A stretch of 32,014 nt of DNA, taken from IMG/VR virus record IMGVR_UViG_3300005805_000286, positions 1 to 32,014 of that record; one strand, given 5' to 3'. The stretch comes from a virus. Taxonomy: Duplodnaviria; Caudoviricetes. The notes below the pieces were generated by a model. The model made no database searches and was not told the origin of the DNA. It worked only from the letters and a program-made list of their open reading frames with translations. Numbering within the stretch: position 1 is the first letter of the stretch; each line of letters begins with the position of its first letter. Shown here piece after piece: positions 17,017 through 25,800 of the stretch. A program made the position numbers and the translations under genes.

Positions 17017-19368
17017 ATGGCAATTTTTAAATCAGTTATTAATGTTAATAACGGAAACACTGGTTGGACCCGTCAACATGTGATGGATGCGTTAGAAACT
17101 GCATTTAGTCAGTTGGGTTATAATGGCGGTAGTCCTACTGCTGGTGTCCCTGTTTATTGTGTTCCTCCAGGAAGAACAGCAGCAAGTGGACAACTAGGTA
17201 TTGGGGATGTAAATTGGAAATATTGTGGTGGTCCTGCAGTTGCAACAAGATCAAATATTAATAGATATTTTTATGTTACTAACAATGGTACATCATCTTA
17301 CAATTTATTAGAACAGTGGTTTACTAGCTCAGTTAGTACTGCTAATGATACGTTAACATTAACAAATCATTTACTACAAACTGGAGATCCTGTAGTTTGG
17401 AATCCAGATAGTTTGTCTGGTGGTATTACACCTTTAGTAAATAATACCACATATTATGTAATTAAAGTTGATAGTACTACTATTAAACTAGCAGCAACTT
17501 TAGATGATGCTACTAATGGAATTGCAATTAATATTGCATCTACTTCTGGCAGTTGGAATACAATTCCACTGAGGAGAGCATTTAATGTTTTATATAATAA
17601 TTACCAAATTGATGTTGAAATGGGAGATACTCTTAATTTTACAATTAATGATACCACAAGTGGAGGTAATTTCTTTTTGATAGATAGTCCTTCGACAGGA
17701 TATGCAGCAAATAGAGTATTAAATACCACAAACTACGAAGCACAATCATATCAAGTATTTCCGACAGGTCAAGGAACTTCTTCTGTTACATGGCAAGTAA
17801 GAGGATGGGCACAAACAGAAACAGAAAACCCAAATGTTCAAGATGTTGCTGGATCTGGAGATCCTGGAACTAGATCATATGGTTACGGAAATTCTGCTAA
17901 TCCTACTATGAGAGGATTTATCAGAATTTTACCATCAGTAAACAACAATAACTATACTGTTTGGTTTCCATATTGGAAATACACCATTCCTGCTTCTGGC
18001 GGAAGATCGTCACTAAAATTACGTGTATATCGTTTTCCTGACAACTACGGCGATAGGGGAAAAATAGCAGGAGTTAGTATCGTAAGTATTGGATCTGGAT
18101 GGGCGGCAAACGATTCATTTACTATTCCAGGTTCGGCAATTGGTGGTACTGATACAACTAATGATATTGTATTTGGTGTGAATAGTGCAACCACTAATCA
18201 ACAAACAAATGGTACAGGTGTTGCTAGTATTTTAACAACTAATTTTGGCGCAGGCAGCACCATGTATCAAAAACATCCTCAAGGATATTTTGGTGTAGTA
18301 AAAATAGTTAATGATAATACTAAAACTTTTGGAACTACTTACTATGGAATTGGTCTCTCTAATAGCAATAATTACAGAATGTATTTAAATTCTGGTCCAG
18401 TTTGGGCTAACTTAAATACATTGGGAACTAATTCTGTAAGTGATAATGGAAATTATGAATATGGAGTTTATGGAGGTGACAGAGGTTTAGATTATCAGGA
18501 AATTGGTGGATATACTACTACTATTACAAATGCCGATAATAATGTTACATATTTAGATTATGCAACAACTTCTACTCCTACTGCATATCCATTGTCAATT
18601 AGATTATATCGAGCACAATCACCACAAGATACTAATTTTGCAGTGATTCAATTTACACAAACAATTAATAATGCAATAGTTCCATTTGCAACATTTTCTA
18701 TACATAAAGGACCAAATTTTGGTTCAAATATATGGGATTTAAATCATGTGTGGAATGGTGGATATACTCAGTATGGGACTTCAAGCAGAGGAATTATTAC
18801 TTATCACCGAGTTGCTTCTAGATGGAATTATTCTCAATATGAAGGAACATCTCTTGCTGGATATTCTTTAGGAAGAGAAGCAAATTTTGGTTATTTGAGA
18901 AATACATCAACATCAAATGTCGTTTTCCCATCATCAATATATCAATCTAATATTGACACATTGAATTATCCCAGTAGTGGTGATTACTACAATACGGAAG
19001 ATGGGCAAGTAATAACATATTATAGAAATTCTACATATGATAATGCTACGAATGCAGTTCCTTCTTTAAATTATGCAGATAGATTAAAATCAGTATCTTC
19101 ATCTGCAAATTACTATAAACCAATGAAAGGCATACCGATTTCAAATCAACTAATGCCATGTCCATATTATATTCCAGATGATTATATTTTATTACAAGTT
19201 TCAACAAGTCCTGGATTGACAGAATTTAGACCAGGAGATACAATTACAGTAAGTCCATCAGAAATTTATGAAGTCATAATTGCTGGATATCAAACATCAC
19301 AAAATGGTCTTGACAATATTAATAATAATTCTTCCATTGGCATGGTATTTGCAGCGAGGACAACCTAA
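17017..19368 (+). CDS. Putative virion / receptor-binding protein (783 aa)
   Basis: GGAG SD at the end of the preceding gene; Asn/Tyr/Thr/Gly-rich beta protein; carries one NHLLQTGD...TYYVIKVD...IKLA module like those of the 2615-aa protein. Confidence 0.6.
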   Translation: MAIFKSVINVNNGNTGWTRQHVMDALETAFSQLGYNGGSPTAGVPVYCVPPGRTAASGQLGIGDVNWKYCGGPAVATRSNINRYFYVTNNGTSSYNLLEQWFTSSVSTANDTLTLTNHLLQTGDPVVWNPDSLSGGITPLVNNTTYYVIKVDSTTIKLAATLDDATNGIAINIASTSGSWNTIPLRRAFNVLYNNYQIDVEMGDTLNFTINDTTSGGNFFLIDSPSTGYAANRVLNTTNYEAQSYQVFPTGQGTSSVTWQVRGWAQTETENPNVQDVAGSGDPGTRSYGYGNSANPTMRGFIRILPSVNNNNYTVWFPYWKYTIPASGGRSSLKLRVYRFPDNYGDRGKIAGVSIVSIGSGWAANDSFTIPGSAIGGTDTTNDIVFGVNSATTNQQTNGTGVASILTTNFGAGSTMYQKHPQGYFGVVKIVNDNTKTFGTTYYGIGLSNSNNYRMYLNSGPVWANLNTLGTNSVSDNGNYEYGVYGGDRGLDYQEIGGYTTTITNADNNVTYLDYATTSTPTAYPLSIRLYRAQSPQDTNFAVIQFTQTINNAIVPFATFSIHKGPNFGSNIWDLNHVWNGGYTQYGTSSRGIITYHRVASRWNYSQYEGTSLAGYSLGREANFGYLRNTSTSNVVFPSSIYQSNIDTLNYPSSGDYYNTEDGQVITYYRNSTYDNATNAVPSLNYADRLKSVSSSANYYKPMKGIPISNQLMPCPYYIPDDYILLQVSTSPGLTEFRPGDTITVSPSEIYEVIIAGYQTSQNGLDNINNNSSIGMVFAARTT

Positions 19369-19646
19369 TGGCAGACATCACTTTAACTGGATTACAACCA
19401 ACAACTGCAGAAACATTTTCAAATCAATCAATTGCTTTTAAACAGACAACATCAACAGGATTTATTAATCCTGTATTTTCTTCAGTCACTAGAGTATCAA
19501 ATAATATATCTTTTTCCTCAAATTATAATATTGCTAATTTGGATGCTTTTAGCGTTACTGGAAATAGAACTGCGGTTCCTGGAATTCTAACTGGACGTAG
19601 ACCACGATTCGGGCAACTATTCCCGAGAGGTTATTTCAACCGATAA
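19368..19646 (+). CDS. Small phage hypothetical protein (92 aa)
   Basis: TAATG overlap with the previous gene; ends in basic GILTGRRPRFGQLFPRGYFNR right before the terminator. Confidence 0.65.
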   Translation: MADITLTGLQPTTAETFSNQSIAFKQTTSTGFINPVFSSVTRVSNNISFSSNYNIANLDAFSVTGNRTAVPGILTGRRPRFGQLFPRGYFNR

Positions 19647-19676
19647 AAAAAGACCCCGCAAGGGGTCTATTTTTTT
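19645..19676. terminator. Bidirectional Rho-independent terminator between convergent genes
   Basis: A-tract, AGACCCC-GCAA-GGGGTCT, then A and T7; T-tracts are available on both strands and the element abuts both stop codons. Confidence 0.9.
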
Positions 19677-19863
19677 ACTCTGCTGTAGGCGCCGCTTCTT
19701 CTTCGCCTTCTTGAGCAGCCAACAATTCTAAAGTTTCTAGTCCACCTTGTAACTTTAGTTTGTACTCTTCTAGTTTTTCTAACTCGCCTTTTAGTTTAGC
19801 GATCTGACCTTCAGTTTCTTTTAGTTGATTGTTAAAATTGGTCCTTAAAGTTTCAGCATTCAT
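19675..19863 (-). CDS. Small coiled-coil protein (62 aa), possible fibre chaperone
   Basis: Heptad pattern LKETEGQIAKLKGELEKLEEYKLKLQGGLETLELL with an acidic tail; flanked by a late-promoter motif and a terminator. Confidence 0.7.
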   Translation of the reverse strand: MNAETLRTNFNNQLKETEGQIAKLKGELEKLEEYKLKLQGGLETLELLAAQEGEEEAAPTAE

Positions 19864-19890
19864 AAGTGATTAAAGAATTACGATACGCAT

Positions 19891-19898
19891 TATTTATG
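19891..19898 (-). promoter_or_regulatory. Late promoter (C)ATAAATA overlapping the 2102-aa stop codon
   Basis: - strand ACA-TAA-ATA: the TAA stop is part of CATAAATA, 27 nt upstream of the 62-aa ATG, a spacing like the other promoters. Confidence 0.55.
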
Positions 19899-22800
19899 TT
19901 AAGAAATCTCTGCTTAATCTAATAGTGTTTGAAATAACATCTGTAACACCACTCCAGAATCCTCCAGGATTTCCAGCAGGAACACCATTTACAGGAGTTG
20001 GTGTATATGTAACTGACACGATGTTATTTGAAAGAGTTGCTGTAAATTCTCCCAAATTCTTTGTCCATAAAGTACCATATTCACTAATCATCACATCTAC
20101 ACCATCGTGAACAATCATGAGTTCTGTAGAATGCAAATACTTTGTCTCTTGATTTTGTACATTAGTAGGACCAATATACTTATTGTGAATTTGTAGAAGA
20201 TATTTTGCTGTATAGATATCTTTTGCTGAGAAAGTATCAATTACAACAGGTGCTATAGTTGAGAATGTTTGTGAGACATTTACAGTATATCCTCTAAAAT
20301 TAGTAATGTTAATAACACCATAGTTATTTGGATCAGAACCATCTTGATAATAAAGAACGGATGGAGTATCTTGAGTTACGGTAACAACTAATTCTCCAAC
20401 TTCTACACCAGAACCATTGCTCTGAACACTGCTCACAAATTTAGTAATACCAATGTTATAAATGGAAGCTGGAGGATTTGCTAAAGTTCCCGTTTGACCT
20501 GGAATTGTAGTAATGAACATTGGATGTCCAGCATTCTGAGCTTTCATAATAAATTTAATCGATTGACCAACAACCATTTGAAGTTGTGGTCTTTCTCCTA
20601 AAGTTCTATTAGTTACTAGTTCCTGAATTTCCCACAATCCACTTACATTTGGTGTGGTTTCATATTCAAAAATTTCTGCAGCAAATCCTCTTAGTGGTAC
20701 TTCAGCAACGTTTTGTTCGGTGTAAAAAGTATTACCAAGTATAGAACGAGGACCAATATTCTCAATCTTGGATAGTGCTACGCCTTTGTCCCTTAGAGTA
20801 ACTGAATACCCAGTAGACGAAAGCATTTCAAATGTGCTGTAGTCAAAACTAGCAACACCGTATTCGCTACTTCCAGCAGATTGACCAGAAGCAAACTTAG
20901 CCACATTCACATCAAGGTCTAAGAAACCAGTTCTGTATGGTTCGCCCTGAGTAACTGTTCCTCCTGTTACATAAACACCAGGATTAACCGCAGCTGGAAC
21001 AGTAAATGTGTCTCCGTCAATTACTGTAACTTGATAGTATCCATTGTATGATCCTGGAGAAACACCATCTACTTCAACATAATTTCCATTAACTAATCCA
21101 TGATTAGTTGATGTATTGAAAGTAAAGGTAGGACTACCGCCACTAGTGTAGAAAGCAGAAGAAATATTTACAGAACTGCCAGTTCTTTTTACTGAAATTG
21201 GTCCATCACTACCAAGAGTAACAATACTTGTTCCTGAAATGCTATTAGGAACCGCTCTAACACCTCTTGGAAGAGGCACATACTTACTGAGACCAGAAAG
21301 GAATGTATTCTCGTTAGAGATCCTTGTACCTAAGCGTGAGGGAGATACAATACCAGAAACAATTTGACTCGCATCAACTTGTTCTGACGAAATAACCTGC
21401 CAGTTATTATTTACTGTTGCTGGTAGATTTGCAAGAATGTATGATCTTGAAGGTGGATTGGAAGTATTTGTTTGTACAACGAAGTCACCAACTTTTAGTG
21501 GAGTGGCATTTTTAATAGTAATAGTTCCGCTAATTTGAGATGTAAAATTAGCGCCAGGAACATCAAGAGTAATAGTATTATTTTGAGTGTCAAAAGATAC
21601 TATTTTTGCATCAACCAGTCCGTTGGGGGGAACATTTGTGCCAGTCACAGCATATCCAACCGCCACTCCCACCAAGTTATTGATAGTTATTACATTACTT
21701 CCAATAGTATGAGAAACAACAGTTTTAGATAATGTTGGAATTGCATCTACTAGACGCTCTGCATCTGTGTCAACAACATAAACATTGAATGGTTCTTGGG
21801 GTGGAATCTGGTCTCTATTGATTTTACCAGTACCATCTAACTGAACAACAACGCCAGGTTGCGATACAGTACCAACATCCAAGTCAAAGAAGTTACCGAC
21901 TTTATCTACTATAAAATCTCTGACTGCTTTTTGAGTTGGAAGAACGGTATCAGATCTACCAGCAGATCCACCCAAATCTGTATTTGTTGAGAATGCAAAA
22001 ATAGGTGTACCAGGAGATCCTTTGAGTTGTAATGAATCGAGGATACCGATAGCAACAGCACCCGTAAATGTTGCCTTACCAGTTCTTAGGTCAACATTAA
22101 AGTTTGGACCTACTGTAAAGTTACCATCCTGATCAGTCGCAGAAACATAACACTTACCAGAATTAATTTCAACACTTTGTTTTGATGTAATTGCTCTACC
22201 ACCATTTGTGGGAAGAGCCATGTAGTTAGTTCCAGAACCAACATATTCAAAAGTATGACCAGAACTGTTAACACTGGAAGGAGTACGCAATTCACAAGCA
22301 GCATTATTAGGAACTAAACCGATGTCTGCATTAGGAACTTTCTGTACTAAACTAAATTCGCAAGTGTTTCCTTGATCTGGAGGAGAGAAAACAAATACTT
22401 CATCAACAATATATTCTCCATCTGGAGTTGGAGCTAACTGATCAATTTTTACAATCTGGTTTGCGAGTGGTGCCTTTTGGAAGTTAATTGCTGTAACTTT
22501 GGTGTAAGTAGAACCACTTGTAATAACAACATTACCAGATGTACCGCCTGCATATGGGGGAGCATATTGTGGCAGGAATGCAGTGTTTAAAATAAATGTG
22601 AAATAGTTATCACTGAATTTAACAGTTTCGATTTCTATACCAGTACCATTGATATTTGGAGTTGCTGTGTGTCCAGTGATACTAATAATTTGACCTCTTT
22701 CAAATTTACTAATATCATTAGCAGAAACTCTAACGGTAACTCTAGTTTTTGCTCCACTCAATACTGAACTAAAACTTGTTCCGATAATTGCAGATGCAGT

Positions 22801-25800
22801 GGTAGCAAAAGAAGTTTTTGTAATGTTGGTGATACCAGCAACTCTACCATTAGCATAGAATGGAAGTGCTACAGGACTGAATCCAATCGCTTTTAGACCT
22901 TCGTTGCCGAAGTTTGTAGCTGAGTTAGTAACAGAAGCATAACCACCAGATTCACAAAGAACGCCTACATCCTCGAAAATTTCAAACACAGATACTAACT
23001 GAGAGTATGCATCATTCTTGAGGTGGAACCCAACAGAATTGAAAACAACTTGAGTAAAGGCGTCAGCAACCATTGACTTCAATGGTGTGTCTGATAACAA
23101 GTTAGCACCATCAATTAATAAACCACCCGCTCTTGTTTTGGTAGCATCATATGCTTTGGTGTTTGCATTATAGGATGTTTCTCCTAAGACAGAAATTACA
23201 GAGCAGTTTTGAATATATGGAGATAAGAAAATTCTTTCTTTTGGTGGAATAAATTTATAAATTGTTAACGAGATCGATGATGAAGGAACAGTAGCAAGTG
23301 TTAATTGGGTGTCTGATTGTACTGATAAAATAACATAAGAAGTATTACCTACTTTAATAGATCCACCAGCAAAAACTTGTGAAAAGAATTTAGTATTTGT
23401 ACCCTGAACAACTGAAGTTGATGACTGTAAAGTAATTCTTCCAGATCCCTTAATACCGCCTTGATCTGGATAAGAAACTGCATATCTAAAAATTCTGCCA
23501 CCCTGAGTAACTACAGCACCATTTGGATGCTCTGCTGCGACTGAAGACGCACCTGTGACTGGATTAGGAACACCTCTTCCATTAGTAGATACAGTAACAA
23601 CATTATTAGTAATATCATCTACTCTCATCCACTCTTGGTCTACTAAAAGATAACCTGGACCTGGATTAAACTGTGGACTATCTGCTCCATCTAGAATAGA
23701 AACAATAATACCGAATAAGTTGTCAATATTGGTTTGAACATTGGTGCAATCACCAACAGTTACTGCAGGAAACTGAGTTGTAAATCCTGGTTCGGCAATA
23801 ATGGAAGCATCAGCAACATCTTGTCGTGCTGCTAATCTTAATTGATCAATAGCATACTTGGTCTCAATAAACTCTGTTGTGATATATTGCAAATTACCAT
23901 TTGCGTCTCTATATGACTCACCTGCTAAAATAGATTTTACATTACCACCAACTTTCAAGTCATGAATAACAGCATCTAAAATTAATCCTAAATCTCTCTT
24001 ACACTTGCCATCACCAGGAACACTTAACGTAGCTGCACTTTCTCCTGCTATTGCTGGAGCAGATAATGTAATTTGAGATGCGCTATCAATTGAGAGAATA
24101 GTAGTTCCTGGAGTAATATTAGTGCCAGTGACGACATCACTAACTTCCAAACCTTCCGTGCTGCTGACACCAGTAACTACAGGACTACCTAGTGTTAAAG
24201 TGCCAGTGAAATTAGTTGGTGGAATGACGAGTGATGGATATCCAGCAACTAATTGTGCATACGCATATGTAATTAAGTTTGTTCTTCTATATTGAAGAAT
24301 ATTTGCGCCATCTTTGTAGATTCCACTTATATCTTTTAAACTATGACCAGGAAATAGATTAAATGTAGAAGTTGTGGAACTAATATAAGGATTCACCCCA
24401 GCATTTAATGTACCTAAACCACGTAAAGCATCTGCTGGATTGCTAGAATCGCCGTAATTATCACGCATAACTAGCTGAGCGATATAGCAACCGCTGGTTA
24501 CCCAGAACATGTCTATGCCATGATTTAATGGTCTAATCAATGTTTCACGCAAGTTATCACCAATTAGAGTAGTTCCTTTTGGTAAATAAATGGGATTATC
24601 CTCAAAATAATCTCCAGATGCAACTTTGATTGTAGTGTTTCCTGTAGTTGCTCTTGCTGCTTCTGCTGCTTTCTTGATAGTTTTAAATGCTTTTGCAGGA
24701 GTTGATCCATCATAAAGAGTATCACTTCCATTTTTAGAAACATAGATTACATTATCTAACTTATCTTCTTTTAAGCAAACAGGTGCTGGCCAAGATCCAC
24801 CTTCTTTAGGACCGTAAAATTCTTGACGAACTTTATCGTAATAGAAATCTCCATTGTTTCCTAATGATGAAGATGGTGAAGTAATACCAAATCTAAATTG
24901 ATCAGTGATAGAAACATATTCGTTTCCAATAAAACTTTCAAGTTCATTAGTAGTAGTATTGAATCTGACAAGACCATCCGTAGCAATAGGAGTTGTTGGT
25001 CTTTGTGCAGTAGTTCCTTTTGGCACAACAAAACCAGAACGAGTATCTAAAATGACTACTCTATCTGTTCCTGGAGTAATTGTAATGTCGGAAGCAGTAG
25101 AATTAGTATTTGTAATTGCATTTTGGGAAATTTTTAAACCATCTTCAATTCTCGTAGGAACATTAAATTCCCAAGAATTAGTAGATTGTAACCACTTAAT
25201 CGTTTTATCTTGAGCAGCTTTTAATGTAATACCGCCACCATCGGCTGTAATATCTGTTGGAGTTGCTACAGAACCAAGTTCTAAGTTTTTGTCATCTACC
25301 GTAACTGTAGTTGAATTAATAGTAGTTACGTTTCCAGCAACATAAAGATCACCGAGAACATCTAAGTTTTTGTGAACTGTAACTTTCTCTGCGTTATCTA
25401 CAGTGTCAATTGTAAAATATGAATTTGTTCCTTCGGTAATAGTAAATGCGTTTGCGGTATTATCTTGTAAAGCAATACCACCAGGAACATTAATAGGACC
25501 ACTAAAGAAAACACTTCCAGTTTCACTTTCAATTCTAAATTTTTCTACAGTGCCATCATTAATAATAAAGTTCTGACCTACTCCACCTTTAAAAATAAAA
25601 TCTCCAGTACCATTGGGATCAATAGTAATATCCGCATTTGTTCCGCCAGAAATAGTGGATAGAAAAATACTAGACCAAATCTGAGAAGATGAACCTAAAT
25701 TATAAAGATTGTTTGTGTTTGGAACAATACTGGAATTTACATCAGCACCAAATACAATATTATCGGTATTACCATCACCTAGAGTAATTGATCCTGCAGA

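Noticed and set aside
14219-19676. Recombinase-driven invertible segment (Mu G / P1 C type) bounded by the cassette ends
   Set aside because: No long inverted repeats are visible at the two boundaries and no invertase is in the window; kept only as an inserted-cassette hypothesis.
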